Shown here piece after piece: positions 39,360-52,681 of a stretch of DNA of 64,000 nt. How positions within the stretch are numbered: position 1 is the stretch's first letter; each line of letters starts with the position of its first letter. The position numbers were made by a program, and so were the translations under genes. Source of the DNA: Vicugna vicugna (lineage: Eukaryota); NCBI GenBank assembly GCA_013265495.1, contig MU058584.1, positions 1,710,616 to 1,774,615 of the forward strand, given 5' to 3'. The notes below the pieces were generated by a model. That model saw nothing but the letters and a program-made list of their open reading frames with translations. It was not told where the DNA came from and made no database searches.

Positions 39360-40420
39360 TCAACTAGCCTTTAAAATTTTGTAGTGTTTCTGAGGTCCAA
39401 TTCTGGATACTGATCACGTTCTACACACATACCTTGGATGACCTTGTCTACTTTCACGATTTGAGGTATTATTTGTATGATGACTTACAAATTCATATCT
39501 CCAGCCTAGATCTCCCTGATATGCTTCAGAGCTCTATGAGCCACCAGATGCTTCCATGTAAATGTTCCACAGACATCTCAGGTTCCACAGTTACAAAATT
39601 TAATTCACTGTCTTTTCCCAAACACCTGTTTCTCCTCTTAGGTCTTTTCTCAAAGAGAACATCACTACACATCCAATCACAGAAATCGGAATCCTGGAAT
39701 TCGTCATAGGCTTCTCCCTCCCTCCCATTCATTCAAACCGCAGATGCAATTAGTCGCCAACATCTGCAATTCTGCCAAGTGAATGTGTCTCCAATCTGAC
39801 ACTACTTCTCCAATTGTAATATGGAGACCTGAGTTCAGGCTCTCAAAATACCTTTCCTAGACTGCTGTTTTATTCTAATGGCTTTTTCAACTTCCAGTTT
39901 TTGCTGCTTAGGACCCATTCTCTGTGTTTCTACCAGAGTGATCTCTTTAGAATGCTTATCTGTTCATGTCACTCCTCTGCTTAAAGATTGTTCAGTGGTT
40001 CCCATAGTTTTCTGCATAATGTTCCAATTCTTTAGCGCAGCAGCCAAGCAGAGTTCCTATACATCCTTCCTCTCTGCGCTCATCCCTTATACATTTTCAA
40101 CAAATGTCTTCTGCGCCGGTCCTTCAGAACTCTGTGGCTCAGGAGCTTTGCACACGCCCCAGCGTCCCCTCATCTGAGGAGCTTTTCTCATCTTCCCAAG
40201 TCCCTCCTTCTCTGGTCTCACCTGTCACCCCAAGCACACTTTGATGTGTCCCTCACTACAGTGGATTACCTTTCGTAGTTGATTGCTCCCTCTACGCCAA
40301 GAGACTGAAGCCCCTAAGAGTGAGGGTAGTGTCTCCTCTGGGTTGGTATCCCCAGCGCCTCGCATGATACCTGGCAAAAAGTCGATGAGCAATAAATTCC
40401 AATGGATGAAGATGCAAATA
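39360..40420 (+). mobile_element. LINE2 3' portion
   Basis: GATGACTTACAAATTCATATCTCCAGCCTAGA; CATGTCACTCCTCTGCTTAAAG; TATCCCCAGCGCCTCGCATGATACCTGGCA...CAATAAAT. Confidence 0.8.
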
Positions 40421-40639
40421 TGAATGGATACTAACTAGATGAAATTAAGTGCATTGGTCCATAGGTGTTGAGACTGATGACTAGCATTATTCGCAGGATG
40501 TGAAAAACAGAAGGATGACCCAGAGAAACAAGCATGGTACTGTGCCCAGGATCTTACCAGTGGCCTAGTCAAAACTGTGCATTAGAAAACATTGAGAAAG
40601 CTAAAACGTGGCATCCAAGTGGAGCTAGGAAGCCTGGAA

Positions 40640-41040
40640 AAGATTGAGTTTTAGAATATTTGGACAAGATCGTATGCTGATTGTTTAAGAAATGTATAAA
40701 AACAGGAATAATGACCTAAAGACAAATGCAAAACCAGAAGAATGGTCTTAGTAGGGAAGGAGAGCTGGACACATAGATTCACCGTTAGCCTAAGAATTTT
40801 ATCTAATCCAAACTATGAGGAACCCACGCAGAGCGGGAGCAGATATGGACTTTCCTTTTGACAGTAGTGGTACCATTAACACGAAGAGAAATCAAGGGTG
40901 GTAGCAAATGCAATGATGATTGGTATCAGTTTGGCTTGTGATATGTTGAATTTGACACTCCAACACGATATCAGGAAAAACATTTGGACATTAGAAGCAG
41001 CTCTGGGGGACACAACAGGGCTGGTGGTGGAGGTTTGGAA
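40640..41040 (-). mobile_element. LINE2 fragment
   Basis: TCAGTTTGGCTTGTGATATGTTGAATTTGA...TTGGACATTAG...GGGCTGGTGGTGGAGGTTTGGAA. Confidence 0.5.
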
Positions 41041-43297
41041 CTTCTTCCCACAGGAGTAGAAATACTGCCTGTCCAGCCTCTCCTTCATCGCTAAGACTGC
41101 TCTTAAGGCTCTGCATTTGCCTTCAAACTTTCATCTTTTTTTTTAAATATATATTTTGCACAACAAACCAATTTTCTTGCCATAATATCCTTGAATCTTG
41201 CCTTTACCTGGTTTTATAGATCTACTTGTACTCGGCATTTTAACTTTCCCAACATTGCATAGAAGTCAGGTGTGGCTAAGCCTGGGGAGAAATTAAAGCC
41301 CAAAGAGGCACAAACAGGCAGTTACTCAAAATCACTACACGTGATTTTACAAAAAGAAAAGAGAAAACTATAGAGTAACTCTTAGGACATTTCAGTTTCA
41401 TTTGGGAAAGGACAAAGAGGAGATAGCAAAAGGAAGTGTTGGAACATCAAGAAGAAAATGGAGAGTAAATTTTCATGAAACATTAGAAAAAGCAAGGGGG
41501 CTTCTGGTAAAAGGGCCGTCTTTAGTTTCGGTAGCTAAGAAAATGGAGAAATCATGAAAACTGAGGAAAGGTCACAGATTTTTGTAACCAGGAGATTAGT
41601 GATGACCTTCAAAAGAGCATCTTGTTCTTCTCAATTTAGTAATTGAGTTTGATTGCTAGCCTCTTCAGGTGGTCATAAAAGATTTGTATGTGACCCAAAG
41701 TATCACCAAGATCAATTGGAAAAAAGTGTTGTCATACAGTATTACCACAAAAGGTCAATTTCTCCGTGCCCTTATACATTTTATTGTCAAGATGAAATAC
41801 AGTAACTGTTGCTTAATGGGCATTTGGTTTGAGCCTCCATTTCTGATGCATTAATCCATGACTTTTAGCTTCTCTCTCAAAGTAGCCTCTTTTTAATTAA
41901 AGCAGATCTTTGATTTTGATAAACTGCACATGCAGATAACTTTATTGTGACATAACAGTTGTACAGATATCAATGTTCTGAGTGCAACAGATTTGATCAC
42001 TTGTTTTTATAAACTGTAAAATAAATATTTTCCCCAAATCAACATTAAGCCTTTCTATTTAGCTCCAAGGGATATTGTACACATATGCGTGCAAACACAC
42101 AACATACACATAATACACAGTAAAACGTTTAATTCAGGACGTATCATGAGCCATTGTTTCATCTACAAACACTGCACAGCTTTAAGGTTTTTCTGAAAGC
42201 CAACTATTCTCTACGTAATAAGTGCCAAGGTTTGACTACAAGTATTCAAATCCTAGAACCTAACAGAAATGAGTGAATAGATGGTCCCAATTTTATTTCA
42301 AAAAGAAAAAAAAAAAAGATACATACTCCGGCTTTGTAAAGACGGCATTTGGGAAGCAGGAAATGAACCAAAAAATCTTCCCCCTTCCAATCCAGATCTC
42401 TCTAAAGTGGATTTGCAACTCTCTTTCTGAAGCCCAGTCATACATGGAACGCTGAAAAACAAAAATGGATTTTCCCCTTTGAAAATGTCACAGGGCATCC
42501 AGAAAATCTCTTTTAGTTTTATCTTGGCAAACAAATGTCCACTGATCAATATAAATGAGGAACAGGCACACCCACATCAATAGGAAAGGACTTTTGTGAA
42601 GTATGATTTGATTCCGGGCGCGGAGTGGCCCGTACCAAGCCCTGTTCTTTTATCAGCTTGAAAGAAGACGGTATCATAAAAGGGGCCTCCAGATGACTGT
42701 CATTTTCAAGCGGGGTGCTCTTAAGTTATAGACTCCTGCCACCTCCGAGATAAATGACTGGCTGCCCTTGACTGACCCTGTCTTTAAAGAAGGGAAGGCT
42801 GTCTTTACAGACACAGGGATGCATCCCAGAAAACTTTGAAAGGCATGGCATTTAGAGACAATTTTATTTCTTTATCAACGGAGAGTTCTCTATTTCACGT
42901 CTCAGGTTTTTATCACTTGCTGGCACGTGTGTCGAAATGAGATCATGAGGTCTCAGCACGACTTCTTCCTTGGCCTCCGAAAGACTCCCTCTATTGAAAG
43001 TGCGGTCTTGTGTTCCGTGGAGGTAGCAAACGCCACGATGTCGCACCCCAAGGGCAACACCTGACTTTGTGCTTGATGAGCGGTCTGAAATTATTAACTA
43101 TTTAACAATCACATCCTGTTTTCTTCACAGTGTGTTTAACAGTAAGAGAGCAAAATAACCACTCAGTGAGACACAGTCACTGATGGGATGGTTTAGAATA
43201 TTTTGCCCTGCAGTGAAAAAAATTTCATGAAAACCTAGTCCAGAAAGTTGGAATCGCACCTACCAGTTTCAGCAGTAGTTATGGGACCAAAATAACT

Positions 43298-43460
43298 GTT
43301 TTTTCTTTCTTTGTTGAAGTACAGTTGATTTACAACGTTGTGTTAATTTCTGGTGTGTGGCATAGTGATTCAATTATGCATTTGTGTGTATATATATATA
43401 TATATTCTTTTAAATATTCTTTTTCATTATAGGCTATTACAAGCTATTGAACATGGTTCC
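43298..43460 (-). mobile_element. Short young L1 3' end with TSD
   Basis: TTGAAGTACAGTTGATTTACAACGTTGTGTTAATTTCTGG...TATTGAACATGGTTCCC. TSD CCAAAATA(A/T)CT at 43287-43297 and 43461-43471. Confidence 0.9.
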
Positions 43461-43489
43461 CCAAAATATCTTTCTAATTAGTTTTGAGA

Positions 43490-43735
43490 GGCAGAATAGG
43501 AGGGTAGCTGACATCTGGACCCTGAAAACAAAATGACTGGGTGAAACTCTCAGGTCCAAACTTTACTAGCTATGTGACCTTGGGCAAGCTCTTTAAGTCC
43601 CTGTGCCTCAGTAGCCTCGTGTGGAAAGTGAGGACAATGGCAGGACCTATTCATAATGTTGTTGCGAATATGAAACACAAAGCACTTTGAATCTTGCTTT
43701 GAACATACTAAGTGCTCAACGCCTATTAGCTGCTG
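43490..43735 (+). mobile_element. MIR SINE
   Basis: ACTAGCTATGTGACCTTGGGCAAG...CTGTGCCTCAGT...AAGTGCTCAA. Confidence 0.9.
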
Positions 43736-44003
43736 CTATTCATTCACTTTCTTCTTCCCTTTTCTCCTTCTTCCTCCTCCTCTTTCGTCTTCTTCTTCTT
43801 CTTCTTACAGAAATTCCAGACACGTTTTATTTTTAAATAGGACTTTCCTGAAAAAGTAATCAGACTGAACCCCAAATTCCAAATGGTGAAAAGTTCTGCA
43901 CATCCTGAAAACACTTTTACAATACAAGAGTTCTACGCACGCACAATCAGAGCTTGGCAATTGCTGACGAAAGCACTTCTAAACCCTGCAAACATCAGAG
44001 AGG

Positions 44004-44373
44004 CTTTCGGCCCCATCGTCATCTTCTATTGAGCTTTAGGAAGCCCTGTCTTTGGAATAAATGATGTGAGGCTAACAGGCTTCTTTTCTTTACTGTTTTA
44101 AAACATAAAACTTCTTGTCGATGGTCTGGTATAGGAAGCTTTTTGAAATTTTTCTTTTGATTATCGCCCATAATAAGGGACATATTTCACAACATGATCC
44201 AGCACACACATGTGTCTGTACGGAGGCCCTGGTAGTTTTTATGGTGACTGTGTGAAAATTATTCAAAGGTGCTCCCTCTGCGTGGGAGAATTAGAAACAG
44301 ATGCCAGCTGTTGCGGACACAGCCGCTGGGGCTCATGACTTGACCCATGTGAAGATGACGCATTTATCCCCTA
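44004..44373 (-). mobile_element. MER121-family ancient conserved repeat
   Basis: Reverse complement carries, in order, CACCTTTGAATAATT, ACACATGTG, TAATCAAAAGAAAAATTTCAAAAAGC, AAGCCTGTTAGCCTCAC and TCCAAAGA, colinear with the recalled MER121 consensus. Terminal inverted remnant CGTCATCTTC (44017-44026) / GAAGATGACG (44351-44360). Confidence 0.7.
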
Positions 44374-44499
44374 AGACCCCAGACCTGGGGGCCGCCACCT
44401 TTTAAAAATCTTCTACCTTTTAAAATTCACATCATGATCCCTGAACTATTTTACAACGTATTACAGAGACATTATTTGGAACTTAGAAGATACTGCAAT

Positions 44500-44735
44500 A
44501 GGAATTAAAAGAAGTGGGCTCTAAAACCAGAAAGCCTGGGTGTGATGCCTGGTTCTACCATTTACTACCTGTGTCCTTGGGCAACTTTCTTAGCCACCCT
44601 CAGCCTTCGTTTCTTTCCCCATCAAAATGAGTACATGAGTATAGCCTTTAAAAGGCTGATGTGAGAGTAAATGAGTTAGTAAGACACTTAGAATGTGGCC
44701 TGGTACACAGCAGCTTTGCTGGCTACTGTTAGCAT
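44500..44735 (+). mobile_element. MIR SINE
   Basis: TCTACCATTTACTACCTGTGTCCTTGGGCAA...TAAATGAGTTA...CACTTAGAATGTGGCCTGGTACACAG. Confidence 0.85.
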
Positions 44736-45989
44736 TAGTGATTGACAATGTTCACCGAACTTCCTCTTCAAAGCCCAGGTCTTTCTGTATCGCCAAAGTG
44801 CTGAGGGGGACAAAGGCAGGCAGGGCACGGGGATGTGTGAAGGGGGCGGCAGTGGTAGCCACACCATCCGGACCTGAAAGTTTGAAAGGGGCTACACTGT
44901 TGCGGGTAGACCCAACTGCACGATATCCTTTTTTTTTTTCCCCCCTCATAAGAGGCTTACAACATCATAAGACTTTGTACAGGAAAGTCTGCTGTAAATC
45001 AGAGTGCACTCTACAAATATTTACAATGACGATTCAACAAGCATTTATTAAGCAGTTGCTTGGGTCAAACAACGGGCACCATACTGGGGATGAAGAGGGT
45101 GTATTCTGGACAAGTCCTAGAAGAGTTAGACTTGTAAATAATTACAGCAATAAGATGGCTGAAATGTAACGGTGTGAATGAGGCCCGATAGAGAGCAGAG
45201 AGAGAAAAGAAGTTTAGAGGAATAGATGCATAAGCTGGACGTAGAGTGGGGCCTTTCAGTTAGATCACAGTGGGACTCTCAGCCACGTTCATACAGGTTA
45301 ACCATTGCTGTTACGATTGCAAACAGTGCTGAAGCAAAACAACTCATGGGCCCTTTGGATTTCCATAGACTTTGCTATGGCTGGACATTAGGTTTATGAG
45401 GGCTTATGGCTTGGGATGGTGAGGGAGGAAGGTAAGCAGAGGCTGAATCACGAAGCACATCAATTACAATTTATTATGTTATCTCCAGGTTAGCATGCTA
45501 CCCCCACAGTTTTATTTTCCCTAATTTTCATCCTTCCGTCTCTGCCTTTGTTCTATTTTCTTGTGATGAAAATGGAAATCAGTTTTTAGCAAGCAGTTAG
45601 TTAGTGAATGGAATGGGTTAAAATTCAGGGTTTTTTTTTTTTTTGAAAGAGTTTGGGAATTTTAGGAGGTGAATAAAATGAGTAATAGAGGGCGGTGTAA
45701 AGTAAACATAATTATGGTACGTTGGCTATTCAACTACCTTTTGTGTGGAATCAAGTAGCGTTTTCATTCAATTAATTACTTTTAGTTATTTTTAAGTAAT
45801 ATAATATGTTTAACAGAAAACATTCTCTTTTTAGAGAAAAGGCTAGTATTTTTCACTTCCAGAGTCACATATAAAGCACCAAAAATTACTCCATGAAATC
45901 TGGTCTGTAAGACAGAGATATTAGTATACACACGGAGATACATGCATATGTATGTGTGTGTACGTGTGTGTGTGTGTTTGTAATGGATA

Positions 45990-48900
45990 TTATTTATAGT
46001 GGATATTACCCTGTATCCATAACATGTTGCAAATATGATCTCTCAGTCTGTCATTTGACTTGTGACATTATTGTGTTACCTGCCATGCAAAAGCTATTTA
46101 TTTATATGCAGTCAAATATCTTGTTTTGCACTTGAATTCTGAATCCTAGTTGCACTTAAGTTATAAAGGAATCAATCCACGTTATCTCTTAGTGCACTTA
46201 CACTTCTAGTTTATAAACCAAGATCTCCATCTCTTTAGAGCTGACCCTGGTGTGTAGTATGATAGCTGTGTATGATCTCTTTCACATGGCTATTCTGTTA
46301 GCCCAAAATGCTCATGAGACAGTTCCAACTTTGTGCCACTGATCGGAGATGCTACCTTTACCATACACGAAAAGTTCTTGTGCATTGGGGTTCATTTATG
46401 AACTCTCTCTCTCCTTCTGTTTCATCCATTGTTTACTGATATGCTGAGTACCATACTGTTTTCATTATTAAGACTTTGTAGAATGTTTTAATATCTGATA
46501 CTTCTTCCTTTCCAGTGTTTCCCCAGCTATTTTTGTGCATCTATTTTCCCACAAGAAGTTTAATATCAGTTTTCTACCTTCATAAATACAGCTTGTAGTA
46601 TTTCACATTGGGATGACCTTAACTTGTGAATTAACTTAGGGGACCTGACATCCTGATAATGCTGAGGCGCTCTATCCAAGAATAAGGGAGGTTTTTCCAC
46701 TTGTGTGTGCAGAAGATGTTTTAGATTTTCTTCATGCAGGCTTTGAACACTTTTTAAGTATGATCTTAAGCATTTAAACTTTCGTGTTTACAGTTGCCAT
46801 TGTAAGTAGGGTTTTCTCTTCCTGTATGTCTTCTGACTGACTACTGATTTTTGCATGTCAGTTTATATTCTCATACCTTGCTGAATTCTTTGTTTGTTTG
46901 AATTAGACTTGCATTGACTCTCAAGGTCTAGTTTTTCCAGGTAATTGAAATTATCTATAAATAGAGGTAGTTTCCCTCCTTTTGCAAGTCTTATGCTTTT
47001 AATGGTTCTCTCTTTTCCTATTGAACTGGCTAATTCTTCCAATATTCTGTTAGTAATGGAGATAGTGAGTATCCTTGCCTTTTTCCTGACTTTAGTAAAA
47101 ATGTTTCTATTGTTTTCTCAGTAAGTCAAATGCTGGATTTTGGACTGAGAGGGTTATCTATCCATTCCTATTTACCAAATGTCACATTGGGACAATCTGG
47201 TCTCTAAAGATTGGAGAGAACACCCCTCTGAAATCAGCTGGGCCTGGTAAGTTTTTTGTTTTGGTTTTGTTTTGGTAGAATAGTTTCTTGATAATATTCC
47301 TAATTTCTTCTGTGGAAATTGGTCTTTTAAGTTTTTCATCTCTAGTGTAGTCAATTTTGATATAATGTGACTTCCCAAGAAATTAACTCAGCATTCAAAT
47401 TGATTTGCATGAAATTGTACTAGGCAGACTTTTATATATATATATCTGTATATGTATACATGCACACATACATATATACATATAATATATATATATATTT
47501 TACAAATTTACTGTGTCAATAGTTACTTCTATATTTGTGCTTTCTCCATTATATCTTAATTACATTGACTAATGGTTTGTCTATTCTGTTAATTTTTTTT
47601 CCAAAGAAATGAGATTTTGATTTAATTTGTTCTACTGTTTTCCTATTTCCTCATAAATTGGTCTTATTATTATTATTCCATATTTTGTGCTTTCTCTTGG
47701 TTTACTTTGTTCTTTTTTCTGGATGTAAAAGTTGATTTTTAATCATTTAGCTTTAATTTCTAATATTTTAATCGTAATGATACAGGTGCTTACATCTATA
47801 AATTTTCCTCTGATCACATCTCATCAATTTTGATTTATAGTCTTTCCATTATCATTATTTTTCAAACATCTGTTCATGTTTTCCATTCAGCCAAGAGTTT
47901 TTAAAATATTTTTGATTTTCCAGATAGAAGTCCTTAAGCTTAATATTTTTAACTTCTACTTTTTGTTATATTGTGATCAGAAATTTTCATTTGTAGTATT
48001 TTTATTTTATGAGAATTGCTGATGTTTTCTGTGTGATCAATTTTTGTAATTGTTCCACGTGCAATTTAGAAGCTTATTCTCTGTTTTTACAATGTTTTTC
48101 AAACACACACACACACACACATCATCTATATGGTTAATCTGATGATGATGTCATTTATATCTTTAATATCCTAGGACTGCTAGTAAAATATTGGCCCATA
48201 CTTTACTCCTGATATTTTTAAAAAAAGGTTTCTGATGCTTTAACTTTCAAAATGACACAACTTTTTGTATGGCTTTTTAAGACACCCTTCACAATTTTAA
48301 GAAAGTTTACTCCTGTGCTCCAGTTGTATATGTGTTTTATTTTTACTTTTTTCACGAACAGTTGTTAAATTTTTACATTTCCTTCTTTGAAGTAATTACA
48401 CTTCCTCTTTCAATGAATTAATTTGGTGAAAAATGATTTTAGACATTCTAATATATTCTTATATTTCTGAGACAAATGTACTGAATTGTGTTGTTTTATA
48501 CACTTCTGAATTTGATTTGTTAATAATTTTGTTTTGAATTTTTGCTCTAGATTTTCATGATGAAACTGATCTATAAGCTTCTCCTCTTTTGCTGATCATA
48601 ACTGGTTCTAATAATAGGGTTATTCTAGTCCCATAGAATGAGTTGTGATATATTCTCTTTTATTCTAGCCTCTGAAGAGTTTCTTTATGAATCAGGAATT
48701 ACCAAGCCCTTGAAAATGTGGTGAAATTTCTTGTTGAATGATCTTTTCCTTTTAACCAGATTTCTAGAAGTTTATTTTATTATTATTATTTTTTTGCCTC
48801 TGTACATGTTTTCCTACTTCATTGATTTCTGCACTCAATTGTGTCTTTTGTTCTGCTGTTCTTTTCCTAGTGCCTTAAATCAGAAACTTTGCACGTTCAT

Positions 48901-50330
48901 TTTTTTTGGTCTTTATTTCTTCATGATAAGCACTGAAATTTATAAATTTAATTTTAAGTGCCACTTTCATTTCATCCTACAACACTTACATACAGAATAT
49001 GTTTACTATTATTCAGTTTTTGCAATTTAATTTTTAATAAGATTTCTTCTTTGACCCACAAGTGAATTAGAGATATTTTCTAATATCCCCAAATTGGAAC
49101 TTTTAACTTGTCTTTTTGTTACTTATTTCAAATTTAATTGCATTATTTTTAGAGAATGTTGTTCTCATGACCAATTATTTTATACTTGTCAAAATTTGCT
49201 TTATGGTCTAATACCTAGTTAACAATTGTACACACTTCAGAAACGTTTGGGAAGAATGTGGTTTTTTGCACTGTTCCATGTGAGATTTTATATATGCACG
49301 TTAAATCAAGCTTATTAATGTTATTGTTTAAATCTTCCATCAATTTTGTAGCTTTTGTCTAATTTATCTCATTGTTACTAAGACAAGTGTATTGAAAATT
49401 TCAACTCTAATTGTAAATTAGTCAACTTCTCCCTGTAGTTTTTTCTCAACTTTTGGATAAAATTTTGAGGTTATTTCATTAAAAGCACACAAGTTAAATT
49501 GCATTTTCCAGGTGATTTGAGCTTCTTTTTAAAATTTTTTCGAGCTTCTTTTTTTATTATTACTATGTAGAATCTATTTTTATTCTTAATAATACTACTT
49601 GTCTTATATTTTGTCTGTTGCTGTATCCTTTCAGATTATTTCTTGATTAGTATTTAACTGGCACATCTTTATTTATTCTTTGATTTCATTTTTTTTCATT
49701 CTCATGTTTTATGTATGTATCCAGTGAAAAATACTCTTTATTTTTAATTTAAATAAACTTAATTTTTTAGAAGCATTTTTAGGCTCAGAAAAATTGTGAA
49801 CACAGTGCAGAGTTCCATATAGCTTGTACTCAGTTTTTCCTATTATACGCACATTAGTATGGTAAGTTCGATATAATTAATGAATTCATATTGATACATT
49901 ATTAACTGAAGTCCATACTTTGATTCAGATTTCCTTAATTTTTACCTAATGTGTAGACTTTTTTTTTTTTTTGCTTTTTTTTAGGCTTTCATTTATTTTT
50001 TAATTGAAGTACCATCAGTTACAATGTGTCAATTTCTGGTGTACAGCACAATGTCCCAGTCATGCATACACATACATATATTTGTTTTCATATTCTTTTT
50101 CATTAAAGGTTATTACAAGATATTGAACATAGTTCCCTGTGCTGTACAGAAGAAGCTTTGTAGACTTTTTCTTAAATTAATTTTGACATTTTCTGTCTTT
50201 GACAATTCTATTTGTATGAATTATGGCTATTAAAATATTTGATTCCTTCTATGCTTATTTTACTGTATTTTGTAATCATTACATTTATTTGATTTTTTCT
50301 CTCATTTTTCCTATTTTAAAGTGAATTTGA
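45990..50330 (-). mobile_element. Composite tract of old antisense L1 fragments
   Basis: Long T-rich tract with ORF2 antisense motifs (GTACCATACTGTTTT; TATCCTTGCCTTTTTCCTGACTTTAG; CATAGAATGAGTTG) and an L1MC/MD 3' end near 49740-49950. Contains TA and CA microsatellites at ~47432-47500 and 48103-48121. Confidence 0.75.
49963..50158 (-). mobile_element. Short young L1 3' end (camelid-type) with TSD
   Basis: Poly-T, then TTGAAGTACCATCAGTTACAATGTGTCAATTTCTGGTGTACAG...AGTTCCCTGTGCTGTACAGAAGAA. TSD TGTAGACTTTT at 49952-49962 and 50159-50169. Confidence 0.9.
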
Positions 50331-50334
50331 TACC

Positions 50335-51440
50335 CTGAATAAAGCTTTCCCTAAAAGCAACAAAAATGCTAAGCAACATTAACTAACATCCTTTTTTAAA
50401 TGCACTACAAAATTAACAATAAAGTAAAAAATAAAATCTTAGAGACAAAATGCTAAATGAAATCCAGAGAAAAAAGCCAAAAACCCAAACTGGCTTTCAT
50501 AGGGAAGAAATCTGTCAAATCTGATGGACAATTTCCAGTTTCCAGCCCCACCTGAGTAGCTACTCAAAGTGAGGAGTCTAACAGGAAACTTCAGTCTCCG
50601 GACCACATACAATTAAGACTCCAGTGCTCCGTGTTCTGTGTTAGGGTAAACAAAAAACGAGCCGACCACGGCTCTTCAGAAAATTATCCACCTTGCAATT
50701 CAGCATTGAAAAAAGGGAAGAAAATAACACTGAATATTTTTAACTACAAATTGATCCTCATACAGATAAGAGACCTGGATTCCTACTAAGTATTTAAAAA
50801 ACCTCAATCTTAATATTTAAAAATTTTATGAGTTGATGGTACCCTTAGGTGTTTGGCAGAAGGTAATAAAAATTCTGTCTGGAGGAATTTACTTTCCATG
50901 AATTTTTCTAAGTATTGTTCTGGATTAGCTTTTAGAAATGTGAGCTCATACTAAAATACACACACACACACACACACTGCACAAAATAACAGGGAACCAA
51001 AAATAAAAACCAGCTGAGAAAAGCAAAATTGTACCTCATCTTCAGATATGAAAATGATCATTCATAGACTATAAATTAAGTGTTTTCAATTTTTTAAAAA
51101 GCAAAAGAACTGATTGAATATGCAAGCTAGAAATGTGAGACTATAAAAATCTCCAAATAGATTTGAGAGAGAACCAAACTGAATTCTGAAAAACTGAATG
51201 GATAGGTTTAAAAGCAGCTGATATAGATAAAGAGAAAATTCATGAACTTAATCATAGATTTGAAGAAAACATCCAGAACACAGTGAGAGACACAAAGATA
51301 TGAAAAATATGAATAAAAGCTTAAGCTCCATGGAGAAGGGAGTGAGAAGTTCAACATATATATAATTAAATTTGCAGATGAAAAGAAAGGAAAGAACATG
51401 CAGAGTCATATTGGAAGAAATCTCTGAGAATTTTCCAAAT
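50335..51440 (+). mobile_element. Old L1 5' region and ORF1 fragment
   Basis: ORF1-like end GAAGAAATCTCTGAGAATTTTCCAAAT (ENFPN motif) with A-rich coiled-coil-type sequence upstream. Confidence 0.65.
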
Positions 51441-52100
51441 GTTGTTTCTTTTGAGAAATCTGTTATCAGCCTAATTGTCATTTCTGTTCAAATATATTTG
51501 TTTTTGTAGTCTCCTGCTTCTTCCTTTTCTAAATTTCTGCTTTATTTCTTTAAATATGTCACACATTATAGTTAATAAAAAGCGCCTGATAGTTGCAGTA
51601 TCTTGAGATTTAGAGAGTGTGTATCTGTGATTCATTTCTTTCTATTGACTGTTACTCATGGCATTTTTTTTTATATGTTAGAGAATTTTACTATGTGCTC
51701 ATAAGTCACTGCATGTAGTCTGGGAACATTCTAGGGGCCTAAGGTGAAGATGCTCTTCTACGGAGAGGACCTGCGTTTCCTTTTCCCGGCACTAGAGAGC
51801 TTACTGACCTGGAAACGATTTTAGCACCAGGCTCCGCTCCCTCATCCTGAGGTGCGTCCAGGACTTAGTTTCCCCTTCCCAGTGACTGCAGGGCAAGCCT
51901 AGTTTTCGTTCTTGCTCGTTCCTCATCACCACTCATTGTAAATTCAGCTCACTGTGTTTCAAAACTGCGGTTGCTTGGCCCTGAGGAGTTCCCTTTATTT
52001 GTGCTAGAGTTAAGAAATGTATCAAGAAATAGTTTTGTTGTAATATATTTAGCATCTACGTGTGGATGTGGTCGGCGGGCCCTTCAGTGCACCATAGCAA
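51441..52100 (-). mobile_element. Old L1 ORF1 and 5' region fragment, opposite orientation
   Basis: ORF 51248-51481(-) begins MTIRLITDFSKET, matching the L1 ORF1p IRLTADFSxET motif. Confidence 0.6.
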
Positions 52101-52526
52101 AATGTCTGTAACTCTTCTGGCCCCTCATCAGAAATGATAACCTTTCCTTTCATTTCCCAGACAGCAACGATCTGAGAACTAAAGCCATGTGGCTGTAAGA
52201 AGTCCAGTCCTTACCATGCTTTCCCCCAGACATCTCTGGACACCCGTGAGGAATATTTTTATGTTACACAGATGCAGCTTAGTTTTCATTCGTAAACTTG
52301 CAGGGCAGACTGGCAATGACCCTGTCTGCACAGCTCCTGTAATCACCTCTTGCCACTGCATAATGAATGACTGCTGCTTTTCACATTCTATTTTACCCTA
52401 AATAAGGATACATCCCTGCTCCCCAATTCACCACAACACTACCAATGCCAGGTGTTTTTTTTAACATTTATCAAAACTCAAAACTTGGCCAATAGCCTGG
52501 GGCAACAGAAAAGAATTAAACCTTTC

Positions 52527-52629
52527 AGAGAAAGAAAGAAAGAAAGAAAGGAAGAGAGGAAGAGAGAAAGAAAGATGAAAGAAAGAAAGAAAGAAAGAAA
52601 GGAAGAGAGGAAGAGAGAAAGAAAGATGA

Positions 52630-52681
<52 letters not shown>

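Noticed and set aside
44693..45169. 158-aa ORF
   Set aside because: It starts in a MIR, ends in L2-like sequence, crosses a poly-T run and has no recognisable domain.
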